A stretch of DNA of 64,000 nt from an uncultured Candidatus Melainabacteria bacterium (GCA_934718085.1 CAKUZL010000003.1:76962-140961); one strand, 5' to 3'; positions 36,453-46,590 are shown, counted from the stretch's first letter. Notes: generated from the letters alone by a model not told the origin. Numbers and translations are program-made.

Positions 36453-38939
36453 ATGAAAGAAATCAAATATAATCCCGGAGTGATAGAAAAAAAGCATCGC
36501 GAAAAATGGTTGAACGAAAAAACAAATAAAGTCGAAAAAGACGATAACAAGCAAAAATACTACGTTCTATCGATGTTGCCTTATCCTTCGGGAAAACTTC
36601 ACATGGGGCACGTTCGCAACTACACGATTTCGGACGTTATCGCTCGTTTCAAACGAATGAACGGGTTCAACGTTCTTCACCCGATGGGTTGGGACAGTTT
36701 CGGACTTCCTGCTGAAAACGCTGCCGTTCAACACGGCGCAAACCCCGAAAAATGGACACTTGACAATATTGCCTACATGAAAAGTCAGTTACAGTCACTC
36801 GGACTTATGGTTGACTGGGACAGAGAAATAGCAAGTTGCTTGCCCGATTATTACAAGTGGACTCAATGGTTTTTCCTTCAATTTTACAAAAAAGGATTGG
36901 CATACAAGAAAGAAGCTGCGGTTAATTGGTGTCCCAAATGCGCAACCGTGCTTGCAAACGAGCAGGTTATCGACGGTAAATGTTGGCGCTGCGACTCCGT
37001 TGCAGAGAAAAAATACCTTTCGCAATGGTTCCTCAAAATAACCGACTACGCCGAAAAACTTCTGCAGGACATCGATAAGCTCGAAGGTTGGCCGGACAGC
37101 GTCAAAACAATGCAAAAAAACTGGATAGGTAAATCCGAAGGTGCAATTTTGAACTTCAAAGTAAAAGAAGTCGAAGGCCTTGAAGTTCCCGTCTATACGA
37201 CCCGTCCCGACACGGTTTACGGCGTAACCTACGTTGTTGTTGCTCCGGAATACAAAGATATCGACAAACTGACAACTCCCGAAAATGCGGAGGAAGTCAA
37301 AAATTATCGCGAAAACGCCTCGAGAATGACGGAAATAGAACGTCTTTCGACCGAGCGGATCAAAACCGGCGTTCGTTTGGGCACTCACGTAATTAACCCG
37401 TTCAACGGCGAAGAATGCGAAATCAGAGTTGCAGACTACGCTCTTGCGGAATACGGTACCGGCGCGGTTATGGCGGTTCCTCTTCACGACGAAAGAGATT
37501 TCGAATTCGCGAAAAAGTATGACATGCCGATAAAACAGGTTATTCAAAATCCCGAACATCCCGAGCCCGATTTTTCGAAGGCTTATACGGAACCCGGCAT
37601 TTTGGTAAATTCCGGCGAATTTTCGGGAATGAAAAACGAAGATGCCAAAAAGGCAATTACCAAATATGCGGAAGAACACGGATTCGGAAAGGCCAAGACG
37701 CAATACAGACTCCGCGATTGGTTGATTTCGCGCCAAAGATACTGGGGGGCTCCGATTCCGATTGTTTACTGCGAAAAATGCGGAGCACAGCCCGTTCCCG
37801 AAAGCGAACTTCCCGTTTTGCTTCCCAAAGACGTTGATTTCAGTGTAAAAGGCAAGTCGCCGATTTTGACGTCACCGACGTTTTTGAAGACGAAATGCCC
37901 TGTTTGCGGAGGAGAAGCGGTTCGCGACGCGGATACCATGGACACGTTTATGTGCTCGAACTGGTATTATTATCGTTATACCGATGCAAAGAACGACAAC
38001 GCGCCTTTCGACAAGGACAAAGTCAATTATTGGGCGCCCGTCGATCAGTATGTCGGAGGTATTGAACACGCGATTTTGCACCTTCTTTACGCAAGATTTT
38101 TTACAAAAGCCATCCACGATTTGGGACTAGTTGAATTCGACGAACCGTTCAAGAACCTTTTGACTCAGGGCATGGTTTTGAAAGACGGTTCGAAAATGTC
38201 GAAATCAAAGGGTAACACGGTTGATCCCGACGAAATATTTAAAAACTACGGTGCGGATACGGCAAGATTGTTCATTTTGTCGGATACTCCGCCCGAAAGA
38301 GACTTCGATTGGTCGGATGCAGGCGTCGAGGGCTGTTTTAAGTTCATAAACAGACTTTGGCGTATGTTTACTCAATTTGCGGATGTCGTTAAACCCGATG
38401 CAAAAATCGAACACCCCGAAACCTTGTCGAAAGACAATTCGCATTTGTTCAGACAAACGCACTCCGCCATCAAAAAAATTACGGAAAACATTAACAATAA
38501 ATTCCAGTTTAACACCGTAATTTCGGCTTATCGAGAATTTACGAACACCATTTACGAATACATCGGCAAAAATGAAGTTAAAGACGAAGAAAGCATAAAC
38601 GTTTTGAGCTTTGCTCTTGTTTCGTTGTTAAAGCTTTTATCCCCCGTAATCCCGTTTATGGCGGAAGAAATCGGAGATATGTACGGATTTAAAACGTCGG
38701 TGTTAACTTCGGAATGGCCGACTTTCGACGAAAAATTCGCAAAAGACGAAGAAATCACGCTTGTTGTTCAAATCAACGGCAAAATCAAAGAAAAAACAAC
38801 CCTTTCCGCGGAAGCGACAAAAGAAGAGGCGGAACAAACCGCGTTGAATTTGCCTAAAATAAAGGAATTGACCGAAGGCAAAAATATCGTGAAGGTCATC
38901 GTTGTTCCGGGGAAACTTGTCAATATCGTCGTAAAATAG
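36453..38939 (+). CDS. leuS: leucine--tRNA ligase
   Basis: HMGHVRNYTISD (HIGH), KMSKSKGN and CP1 zinc motifs are present. The start at ATG 36453 follows AAGGAAAG. Confidence 0.95.
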   Translation: MKEIKYNPGVIEKKHREKWLNEKTNKVEKDDNKQKYYVLSMLPYPSGKLHMGHVRNYTISDVIARFKRMNGFNVLHPMGWDSFGLPAENAAVQHGANPEKWTLDNIAYMKSQLQSLGLMVDWDREIASCLPDYYKWTQWFFLQFYKKGLAYKKEAAVNWCPKCATVLANEQVIDGKCWRCDSVAEKKYLSQWFLKITDYAEKLLQDIDKLEGWPDSVKTMQKNWIGKSEGAILNFKVKEVEGLEVPVYTTRPDTVYGVTYVVVAPEYKDIDKLTTPENAEEVKNYRENASRMTEIERLSTERIKTGVRLGTHVINPFNGEECEIRVADYALAEYGTGAVMAVPLHDERDFEFAKKYDMPIKQVIQNPEHPEPDFSKAYTEPGILVNSGEFSGMKNEDAKKAITKYAEEHGFGKAKTQYRLRDWLISRQRYWGAPIPIVYCEKCGAQPVPESELPVLLPKDVDFSVKGKSPILTSPTFLKTKCPVCGGEAVRDADTMDTFMCSNWYYYRYTDAKNDNAPFDKDKVNYWAPVDQYVGGIEHAILHLLYARFFTKAIHDLGLVEFDEPFKNLLTQGMVLKDGSKMSKSKGNTVDPDEIFKNYGADTARLFILSDTPPERDFDWSDAGVEGCFKFINRLWRMFTQFADVVKPDAKIEHPETLSKDNSHLFRQTHSAIKKITENINNKFQFNTVISAYREFTNTIYEYIGKNEVKDEESINVLSFALVSLLKLLSPVIPFMAEEIGDMYGFKTSVLTSEWPTFDEKFAKDEEITLVVQINGKIKEKTTLSAEATKEEAEQTALNLPKIKELTEGKNIVKVIVVPGKLVNIVVK

Positions 38940-39004
38940 CGATACAACAAGCTTCATCGAATATTTCTTTTAACGTTTGTCAGCGAATCAACAAATTCAC
39001 AAAA

Positions 39005-39040
39005 TAAAAAAGAAGGCTCAAGAAGGGCTTTCTTTTTTTT
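39005..39040 (+). terminator. rho-independent terminator of leuS
   Basis: An A-run is followed by a 9-bp stem AGAAGGCTC/GGGCTTTCT containing 2 G-U pairs, so the plus strand is favoured. T8 follows the stem. Confidence 0.55.
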
Positions 39041-39217
39041 AAGCCGTAAACGTTCGACGAAATTCGGCAATACAACTCGATTACAGTAGTTTTGATGCTC
39101 AAAATCGGAAGCGACATTAATGAGTCACAACAAAATCTCCGCCGCGACACTCGTTTGTTCGTATAAATAATGTGTCATTACGGTTTGCAAAGTCTTACCG
39201 TAAAGCCGGAGCAAACC

Positions 39218-40567
39218 TTAAATATCGACGTTTTGCATCATTTCTATCAGGGTTTGAATTGTCAAATCCATGCTGACGCTGTCCGAAATTCTTTGTTGCA
39301 AAAAGGCGTTGATTTGAGGCATCAGCTCGATTGCGGTATCAAGTTTCGGGTTTGACCCCGGGTTGTACATCCCGACGTCGATTAAGTCCTTGTTTTCACG
39401 GTATAATGCCATCAATTTCCGCATTTTGTAAGCCGCAGAAATGTGATCTTTCGAACAAATTTCCGTAAACAAACGGCTGACGCTTCCGAGAACGTCGATT
39501 GCGGGATAATGGTTCATTTCGGCAACTTTCCGCGAAAGAAATATGTGCCCGTCCACAATCCCCCGAACCGTGTCGACGATAGGGTCGGAGATGTCGTCAC
39601 CTTCCATAAGAACGGTATAAAGCGCGGTAATCGAACCCTTCGTACTGTTTCCGGTCCGCTCCAAAACTTTTTGAAGCCATGAAAAAATCGACGGCGGATA
39701 ACCTTTCATTGTAGGGGGTTCGCCGATTGACAACCCAACTTCCCTGCCCGCCATTGCACAACGTGTGACGGTATCGGTCATCAAAAATACTTTTTTTCCT
39801 TTGTCTCTGAAATATTCGCAAACCGCGGTTGCCGCGTGTAAACATTTTTGTCTTATCAGAGGCGGCTGGTCGCCCGTAGAACAAACCAAAACCGACTTTG
39901 CCATACCCTGTTCACCCAGAGAATTTTCAACAAATTCTTTGACCTCTCTGCCTCGTTCTCCGATGAGTGCGACTACGTTGACGTCGGCATCGGAATTTCG
40001 GGCAATCATACCCAAAAGTGTCGATTTTCCGACACCCGACCCCGCGAACAAGCCCATCCGTTGCCCGCAACCGAGCGTCAGCAACGAGTCAATCGCCCGA
40101 ACGCCGCATGAAAACTTTTCTTTGATAATCGGTCTCTCGAACGCACCCGGCGGCGGATTGTCGATTGTCATCATCGTTGCGCCTTCGGTGTTCATGGGAA
40201 GTCCGTCAATCGGCTCGCCGAGGGGGCTGATGATTCTGCCGAGCAAGAAATCCCCGACGGGAATGATAATCGGTTTTCCCGTTGACTGAACGAGTGAGCC
40301 CTGTCCGATTCCCGAACCGTCGTAAAGCAGCAGAAGTTGGGCGTATTCGCCTTTAAAAGCAACAACTTCCGCCGCTTTTTTTTCTCCGGTATAAGTTTCG
40401 ATAAAACACAAGTCTCCGATTTTCAGCCCCGGCAAATTGACCTCGACCGTCAACCCCAAAAGCTTGGATACCGAACCTTTATAATGAAACAACGGCGTAT
40501 TGTTGATTATGTCATACGCCCTGGATTTCATATACTGTATGGATTTCAGATAATTTTGATCAAGCAT
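39218..40567 (-). CDS. fliI: flagellum-specific ATPase FliI
   Basis: Walker A is GLFAGSGVGKSTLLGMI and the protein has an F1-beta-like core. The true start is MLDQNY at 40567. The 675-aa ORF-track extension overlaps flhA out of frame. Confidence 0.9.
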   Translation of the reverse strand: MLDQNYLKSIQYMKSRAYDIINNTPLFHYKGSVSKLLGLTVEVNLPGLKIGDLCFIETYTGEKKAAEVVAFKGEYAQLLLLYDGSGIGQGSLVQSTGKPIIIPVGDFLLGRIISPLGEPIDGLPMNTEGATMMTIDNPPPGAFERPIIKEKFSCGVRAIDSLLTLGCGQRMGLFAGSGVGKSTLLGMIARNSDADVNVVALIGERGREVKEFVENSLGEQGMAKSVLVCSTGDQPPLIRQKCLHAATAVCEYFRDKGKKVFLMTDTVTRCAMAGREVGLSIGEPPTMKGYPPSIFSWLQKVLERTGNSTKGSITALYTVLMEGDDISDPIVDTVRGIVDGHIFLSRKVAEMNHYPAIDVLGSVSRLFTEICSKDHISAAYKMRKLMALYRENKDLIDVGMYNPGSNPKLDTAIELMPQINAFLQQRISDSVSMDLTIQTLIEMMQNVDI

Positions 40568-40569
40568 AA

Positions 40570-42687
40570 TTATGACCCGAAATTGTAATCTTCCACATAA
40601 GCTTCTCCTATTGTGTCGACCGCTTCGACTCGAATGTCCGTAATAAGTTCCGAGTACGAAATGACCACAATCGTCGGAATGTGACGTTCCAAAAGCTGAT
40701 ACAACGGCAATCTTATTCTCGGCGAACAAAGTATGACCGGCTGTCTTCCGATGTTTTGGTGTGCCCTCATAAGCGTTTGAGCCGAAGTTTCGATAAGTTC
40801 CTGTACCTGCAGCGGGTTCAGCAGGAACATCGTTCCGAGCTCCGTCCGCTGACAGCTGTCGTCCAAAGTTTTTTCCCAATCCGCCGAAAGCGTCAAAGCG
40901 TACAAAACCTTGTCCTTCGTGACGTTCGAAAGACAAATTTGTCTGCCCAAAGCCGCTCTCAAACGTTCGGACAATATGTCCGGTTCCTTCGAAAATCTTG
41001 CGTAATCGCACAAACGTTCGAAAATAAATATAATATCCTTGATGGAAACTTTTTCCCTGATGAGGTTGACGAAAATTTTCCGCAAGTCGCTGGTCGAAAT
41101 AATAGTCGGCACAAGGTCGTTGACAAGCGTCGGGTCTTGGCTCTTTACAAGTTCCATAAGTTTCAGAACGTCCGTCTTCGTCATAACGTCGTCCACGTAT
41201 TTTCTTACGCATTCCTGCAGGTGCGTTACGATTACATCCACGCAATCGACCTGAGTAACGGGATCTTCCAGTCCGATATCATTGGGGTTCAACCAATAAG
41301 CCTGAGTTTGATACGTAGGATCGACGCCTACAATTGCATCTTGAGGAACCTCTTTACCCAAAGAATCCCACTGTTCCGCGATAACCATGCTTCGTCCCGG
41401 ATAAACCGAACCCGTCGCGACGGTATTTCCTCTTATCGCAATAAGATATTCGTTCGCTCCGAGAGCGGACGAGTCCATAATTCTTATGTTCGGTATGATA
41501 AATCCGAGTTCGTCCGTTACACGTTGACGAAGTGCCGCAATTTTAGGCAAAAGCTGACCTTCCTGGTCGGGATCCGCTATAATCAACAACCCCGATCCGA
41601 CCTGCAAGCTCAAAACATCGACCCCTAAACGTTCGTACATTTTGTTCGGGTTTACCAAATCCTGCATATTTTGTCGAACGTTTTCCAATTGACCCAACTG
41701 TGCCTGAACGTCTTCGTTTACCAACATTGAGAACGCCGAAATCGCAATAACGATTGTAAATATAACGAACGGATACCACGGAAGTCCCGTCCAGAAAGAA
41801 GTTACGGCAATCAACATCAAAAATACACATGTGAAAAACAAACTGTAAGGTTTGCTTAAAATTTGCGCCGCCAAATCTTTACCCAAAGAAGGGCTTGCCG
41901 CCGTAGAACGGGTCATTACGATACCTGCGGATATCGACATCAAAAGCGAAGGCAATTGCGCGCACAATCCGTCGCCGATGGTCAACACTGTATACTTTTG
42001 AACCGCTTCGCCTGCCGACAGACCGTTTTGCAATATCCCGATCAACAAACCACCTATAATGTTAATCAATGTGATAATGATACCCGCCATGGTATCACCT
42101 TTTACGAACTTCATGGCACCGTCCATGGACCCGAACAAACTCGATTCGCGTTGTAAGTCTTCCCGTCGTTTAACCGCTTCTTCCGGAGAAATCAACCCCG
42201 CGTTGAAGTCCGCGTCAATCGTCATCTGTTTACCGGGCATTGCGTCCAAGGCAAATCTTGCGGATACTTCCGCGATACGTTCCGCACCTTTTGTGATTAC
42301 CATGAACTGTACAACGGTAATAATAAGAAATATTACGAAACCGACAATCAGATTTCCGCCCGTTACGAAGTTCCCGAACGCGTCGATTACGGCGCCGGCT
42401 TCGCCTTTCGACAAAATAAGACGGGTCGAGGCAATCGACAAAACGAGCCTGAACAACGTTCCGATAAGAATAATCGAAGGAAACGCCGACAATTCGAGCG
42501 GTTTTTTGATATACAAAGATATCATTACAAGCAAAATGCCGAGCGTTATATTGAAACTGATAGAGAAATTTACCACCCAGTTGGGCATTTCCATAATCAA
42601 AATCAATATAAGAAGTATGACAAATATCGCCAGTGCTATTTCACTGAGCGGATTTCCTCCTCCTGCATTGTTGTCGGGTTGCGCCAC
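40570..42687 (-). CDS. flhA: flagellar export gate protein FlhA
   Basis: The FHIPEP signature is FVITKGAERIAEVSARFALDAMPGKQMTIDAD. An 8-TM N-domain is followed by a cytoplasmic C-domain. GTG start. Confidence 0.9.
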   Translation of the reverse strand: MAQPDNNAGGGNPLSEIALAIFVILLILILIMEMPNWVVNFSISFNITLGILLVMISLYIKKPLELSAFPSIILIGTLFRLVLSIASTRLILSKGEAGAVIDAFGNFVTGGNLIVGFVIFLIITVVQFMVITKGAERIAEVSARFALDAMPGKQMTIDADFNAGLISPEEAVKRREDLQRESSLFGSMDGAMKFVKGDTMAGIIITLINIIGGLLIGILQNGLSAGEAVQKYTVLTIGDGLCAQLPSLLMSISAGIVMTRSTAASPSLGKDLAAQILSKPYSLFFTCVFLMLIAVTSFWTGLPWYPFVIFTIVIAISAFSMLVNEDVQAQLGQLENVRQNMQDLVNPNKMYERLGVDVLSLQVGSGLLIIADPDQEGQLLPKIAALRQRVTDELGFIIPNIRIMDSSALGANEYLIAIRGNTVATGSVYPGRSMVIAEQWDSLGKEVPQDAIVGVDPTYQTQAYWLNPNDIGLEDPVTQVDCVDVIVTHLQECVRKYVDDVMTKTDVLKLMELVKSQDPTLVNDLVPTIISTSDLRKIFVNLIREKVSIKDIIFIFERLCDYARFSKEPDILSERLRAALGRQICLSNVTKDKVLYALTLSADWEKTLDDSCQRTELGTMFLLNPLQVQELIETSAQTLMRAHQNIGRQPVILCSPRIRLPLYQLLERHIPTIVVISYSELITDIRVEAVDTIGEAYVEDYNFGS

Positions 42688-42695
42688 TTCTTATT

Positions 42696-43487
42696 TTACT
42701 CCTGCATTTGCTTGAACGCCTGTTCCAATATGGAAAGTCCGGTATCGACCGTTGCATCTATTATCCCGTTTTCCGTCATTATTATAGCACCTCCGGTGAC
42801 GATATTCTCGTCCGGGATGACGTTTATGTTTATTTCGTTCCCTCCGTCGATTAAATATTCGGGAAGCATTTCCTTTACAATCGGCGCATCTTCGGGCTTA
42901 ACCTTTACCGTTATTCGGTTTTGGTGTTTGTACGTATCCTGCAGCGCGTTTTTTATTAAGCTCATCAATGCCGTTTTGTCCTGTTGTAATTCTCTGTTAA
43001 TAATTTTTCTTGCAATTTCAACCGAAATATCGTATATCCCCGCGGAAACCGCCTTGAACACTTCGTTCTTATACTCGAAAAAATCGAGAAGAGCGTTATT
43101 GAGTTTGTCAATATCCTCCGAAGCTGCCTGCAAGCCTTCTTTTTTACCTTCTTCTATCGCCTGAAGTCTTATCGATTCGGCTTCTTCCTGAGCTCTGGAA
43201 ACTACACCACGGTCTTCACTCCGACGATACCCGCGACGCCTTGAGCCGAGACGTCTTTCGCTTCGCGATTCCAAATTAATGTCGTCAAAATTTATATCCG
43301 CCAAAATATCCGCCGCGGTTTGCTCGGCAACAGGCTCCGTTGTCGGTTGAGTTTGTTCGAAAGCTTCCCCCGTTTCCGCAGCCGAAATCTTCGGTGTCTC
43401 GTACGCAACTGCACTTTTCTCCGACGGTTGCTCGCCGGCCTGCTGTATATTCTTATTTTGCGATTTTTTTGTTCTTTTTATAATCAT
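42696..43487 (-). CDS. fliH: flagellar export ATPase regulator FliH
   Basis: A central coiled coil (RAQEEAESIRLQAIEEGKKEG) is followed by the C-terminal FliH motif TGGAIIMTENGIIDATVDTGL. 35-nt overlap with the upstream gene. Confidence 0.7.
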   Translation of the reverse strand: MIIKRTKKSQNKNIQQAGEQPSEKSAVAYETPKISAAETGEAFEQTQPTTEPVAEQTAADILADINFDDINLESRSERRLGSRRRGYRRSEDRGVVSRAQEEAESIRLQAIEEGKKEGLQAASEDIDKLNNALLDFFEYKNEVFKAVSAGIYDISVEIARKIINRELQQDKTALMSLIKNALQDTYKHQNRITVKVKPEDAPIVKEMLPEYLIDGGNEININVIPDENIVTGGAIIMTENGIIDATVDTGLSILEQAFKQMQE

Positions 43488-44412
43488 TTATTTTGGATTC
43501 CGTGTGTGACAATATCACGTTCAATACGTACGGTGAAATTTTTTTCTCGCTTATTCCCGAAATATCTTCAAATACTTCCGCGACTTTTGACCGTTCGTTT
43601 TCCGCGGTTTTTGCCAAAACCTCTTTCGGAACGTTCTTTATCAGTTTTCCGAAGTTTCGTTTTATCTTCTCTATGCTGATTGCTCCCGGCACGTCGACAA
43701 TCGCCTGAACGTCCTTTAAACACTGAGTCATCAGCGATTTGTCAATCTGATTTTCAAGATTGTCCATCTGCATATACTGCATCAAAACCTGTGCATCCGA
43801 CGGTGAAAACTTGGTCAAAATCGTTCCCGCTTTATCTTGAGGAAGTTTTTTCAACACGAGCGCAAATGCCGCAAGCTTAATAATTTTGGCATCACTTGCA
43901 TTATTAATCGCTTCGTTGTCACGTTTTGCCATTTCGTCGATATTTGACTGCGAAATCGCCGCAACTGCCTGCTGCTTGGTCAAAGCCCCTTTCTGAGTCA
44001 ACTCGGCAAGGGCTTCTCCGTAAGATTTCTTAACATGGTGCTCGGCAAGCGTTATCAACTGATCCTGAGGGAGATTTTTCAATATTCCCTGTTTTGCTAT
44101 TTCAAAAATCGTAAACGCGATTTTTTGCAAAATCGGATCCCTGAACTGGGGCGGAATTTCGCCTTTTATAACGTCAATCGATTTGTGAAACGTCCATTCG
44201 CCGATTAATTGAGTAATAACACTCGCCTGGTCTTCGGTATATTTGTACGAATCGTCGTTTACGAGAGCTTCGGCAGCTAAATAGCAAAAGTTGTGAACCA
44301 TATTAACGACGTATTCGCCGTCTTCTTTCGACAATTCGGGCGGAATTACGGCTTTCGCCTGTTGTGCCATGTTTTCGGCAAATTCTTTATATTGAAAATT
44401 ATCTACGCTCAT
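43453..44412 (-). CDS. atypical FliG-slot protein (single FliG/MgtE-N-like ARM segment; canonical FliG motifs not found)
   Basis: The gene lies between fliF and fliH. The segment KLAAFALVLKKLPQDKAGTILTKFSPSDAQVL is FliG/MgtE_N-like. I found no EHPQR motif and no C-terminal torque-helix region. Confidence 0.5.
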   Translation of the reverse strand: MSVDNFQYKEFAENMAQQAKAVIPPELSKEDGEYVVNMVHNFCYLAAEALVNDDSYKYTEDQASVITQLIGEWTFHKSIDVIKGEIPPQFRDPILQKIAFTIFEIAKQGILKNLPQDQLITLAEHHVKKSYGEALAELTQKGALTKQQAVAAISQSNIDEMAKRDNEAINNASDAKIIKLAAFALVLKKLPQDKAGTILTKFSPSDAQVLMQYMQMDNLENQIDKSLMTQCLKDVQAIVDVPGAISIEKIKRNFGKLIKNVPKEVLAKTAENERSKVAEVFEDISGISEKKISPYVLNVILSHTESKINDYKKNKKIAK

Positions 44413-44427
44413 CCGATTTTACCGATT

Positions 44428-46185
44428 CTAAGATTTTTCTATCCAACTTTTTACCTTATCAAGCATTTCGTCGTCGTCGCCGAGTTCTATTCCCGAAGTT
44501 ACATCCTCGAGAAGTTCTTCGACATCGTCTCCGCCCGTATTTTCCGGAACGGATGCCTGTTGAGCCTGCTGTTGACCTATCGGTTGGGGATTTACCGCCA
44601 CACCCGACGCCGCCGCGGCAACCGCCGCCGATTGAGCCGCAAGCTGCTGAGCCACGACCTGTTGCTGTTGCATCAGACCTTGTGCCATTTGCGCCTGTTT
44701 TTCTATCAACTGGGAAGCCTTTAAATTTACGTCCAAAAGTTGTTTTTCCTGTTCCGCGGTTTTTTGTTTCAACGCGGTAACTTCTTCGGACTGACGTTGC
44801 GCTTTTTCGTTAAGTTTTTTGGAAACGTAGGCAAAACCGCCCGTTAAGCCGATTGCAACTATCGCAATCGTTATCCACCAGGGGTTTCCGGTTTTGTCCG
44901 GCGAAGGCAAATTGACCGGTCTGTCGCTTGCCAGGTACGGATCAATGGAATCAGAATACACGACCGACACGTCGTCCGCGGAAACTTTAGGCGAAGCCGA
45001 ATCCGCAATCATTTCTTTTAACTCGTCCGTGGTAATATTTGCCGGCATTGCGGAAGAATCTATCGTGACGGCAATTGAGACCTGTTCTATAACTCCGGGT
45101 TTGCTGTATTCGTTTATTTGCGTTTTTGAAATTCCGTACTGAGTTTCTCTTGCAGTCCGAGAATAACTTCTGTTTTGAGAAGAATCGCTGCCCGACGCGG
45201 GAAGACCGTTCGGCAAATACACGCTGACCGCGTTCAGACCTTTGTTGGAGTCCTGAGTTTTGTCTCCCAAACCTTCCGTAAATGTTTGTTCGGAAACGGA
45301 GGTTTTCGAATTGGGGTCGTAAATAATGCTTGTTTTTTCTATCGGAACCTGGCGCAAAAACGTGCTTACGGTAACGACGTATTTTCCTTTTCCTATCAAC
45401 CTGTCGAGTTGCGAAGAAATTTTGTTCTTCATATATTTGTCGTTCTCTTCGATTTTTGAAAGCTGATCGTCGACGGTATTGCTTATACTGTCGTAAACAT
45501 TGCCGTTTGTATCGGTTATCGAAATATTTTCGCTTTCCAACCCCGAAATACTTCCGAGTAAAAGGTTTTCTATGGTTTTAATTTTAGATCTGTCAAGTTT
45601 TTCGCCGGAAGGAATTACCAACTGAACGGTAGCCGTAACGGGCTTTTTGTCCGCGGTAAACATGGTTTGTTCCGGAATCGACACAAACACGGATGCGTTT
45701 TCTATCGGTTTGATTTTTCTTATCAACCGCGAAAGTTCGCCGTTTATCGCACGAACGAGTCTTATCCGTTTATCTTCTTTAGTCGAAGTAAAATCACCTT
45801 TATCGAAGATTTCGAGTCCCGTAAACTGATCCATAAGTCCGCTCGAAACAATCGAAAGCAAGGCTCTGTCGCGTTCGCTGGGTTTATAATCTTTAAGAAA
45901 CAAAGTCGTTTTACTGCCCTCGTCCTTGCGGTGAACGGTAATTCCTTCCCGCGCAAGCAACGCCTGAACTTCTATCGCCTTTCCGATATTGTCTGTCGTA
46001 AACAAAGACAAAGGTTCTTTTATCGGTTTTTCAATCGGAACTTTTTCCGCACCGTCGCCGCCTTTTGTCGCAACAACCGCGCCCGTTATTATTACCAAAA
46101 GCAAAACAAGTACTACCGCACCGATTACCGAGTACAGCACTACTTTGTTTTTTAAAAGCTCTTGTAATTTTTCAGGCATATACAC
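44428..46185 (-). CDS. fliF: flagellar MS-ring protein FliF
   Basis: An N-terminal TM helix precedes YscJ/FliF ring motifs (RAINGELSRLIRKIKPIENASVFVSIPE..). A second TM helix precedes a Q/A-rich cytoplasmic tail ending DKVKSWIEKS. Confidence 0.85.
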   Translation of the reverse strand: MYMPEKLQELLKNKVVLYSVIGAVVLVLLLVIITGAVVATKGGDGAEKVPIEKPIKEPLSLFTTDNIGKAIEVQALLAREGITVHRKDEGSKTTLFLKDYKPSERDRALLSIVSSGLMDQFTGLEIFDKGDFTSTKEDKRIRLVRAINGELSRLIRKIKPIENASVFVSIPEQTMFTADKKPVTATVQLVIPSGEKLDRSKIKTIENLLLGSISGLESENISITDTNGNVYDSISNTVDDQLSKIEENDKYMKNKISSQLDRLIGKGKYVVTVSTFLRQVPIEKTSIIYDPNSKTSVSEQTFTEGLGDKTQDSNKGLNAVSVYLPNGLPASGSDSSQNRSYSRTARETQYGISKTQINEYSKPGVIEQVSIAVTIDSSAMPANITTDELKEMIADSASPKVSADDVSVVYSDSIDPYLASDRPVNLPSPDKTGNPWWITIAIVAIGLTGGFAYVSKKLNEKAQRQSEEVTALKQKTAEQEKQLLDVNLKASQLIEKQAQMAQGLMQQQQVVAQQLAAQSAAVAAAASGVAVNPQPIGQQQAQQASVPENTGGDDVEELLEDVTSGIELGDDDEMLDKVKSWIEKS

Positions 46186-46241
46186 AAATCCCGTTTCTTT
46201 TTCATGATTATTATACTATCTTTTTCCTTTTTGGGAAACTA

Positions 46242-46580
46242 TTATATTTGTATTTGCATTATTTTGTCGTAAGCTTGGATAACTTTTGTCGTAATGTTTG
46301 TTGCCGCCTGAACAGCAAGTTGTGACTTGTTTATGGAAATTATAACGTCGTGAATGTCAACGTTTTCGTTGCCCGACATTTGTTCTTTCAACAATTGGTC
46401 GGGGCGACTGATATCTTGATTTAAGTTTTCCACAAGCCCGGTAAAAACAGACTTAAAATCGGTTGTTTCGGGCTTTTCGATGTTATCGAATCTCATCGCC
46501 GTTCTGCCCATGTCGGTGTATTTCGAAGGTTCTATCCTCGTAAATACGTCTATGTTCGGTACAAGTCTTCTTTCAAGCAT
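46242..46580 (-). CDS. fliE: flagellar hook-basal body protein FliE
   Basis: The 112-aa product has the C-terminal FliE signature DIHDVIISINKSQLAVQAATNITTKVIQAYDKIMQIQI. Confidence 0.75.
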   Translation of the reverse strand: MLERRLVPNIDVFTRIEPSKYTDMGRTAMRFDNIEKPETTDFKSVFTGLVENLNQDISRPDQLLKEQMSGNENVDIHDVIISINKSQLAVQAATNITTKVIQAYDKIMQIQI

Positions 46581-46590
46581 GCTTTATCTC

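Noticed and set aside
36795-37736. Very long antisense ORFs inside well-supported genes. These include a 313-aa ORF antisense to leuS, plus 40681-41628 antisense to flhA, 48362-49336 across the two rod genes, 35240-35881 and 3742-4476.
   Set aside because: Their products are low-complexity, F/R/K-rich, and lack SD sites. They are shadow ORFs of the kind expected when sense codons whose complements are stops are rare. There is no evidence of overlapping genes.
39218-41245. A 675-aa ORF suggesting a giant FliI fusion
   Set aside because: The first 226 codons run through the flhA 3' region in another frame and give R/G-rich nonsense. A FliI-typical N-terminus (MLDQNYLKS...) starts at 40567, 2 nt after the flhA stop.
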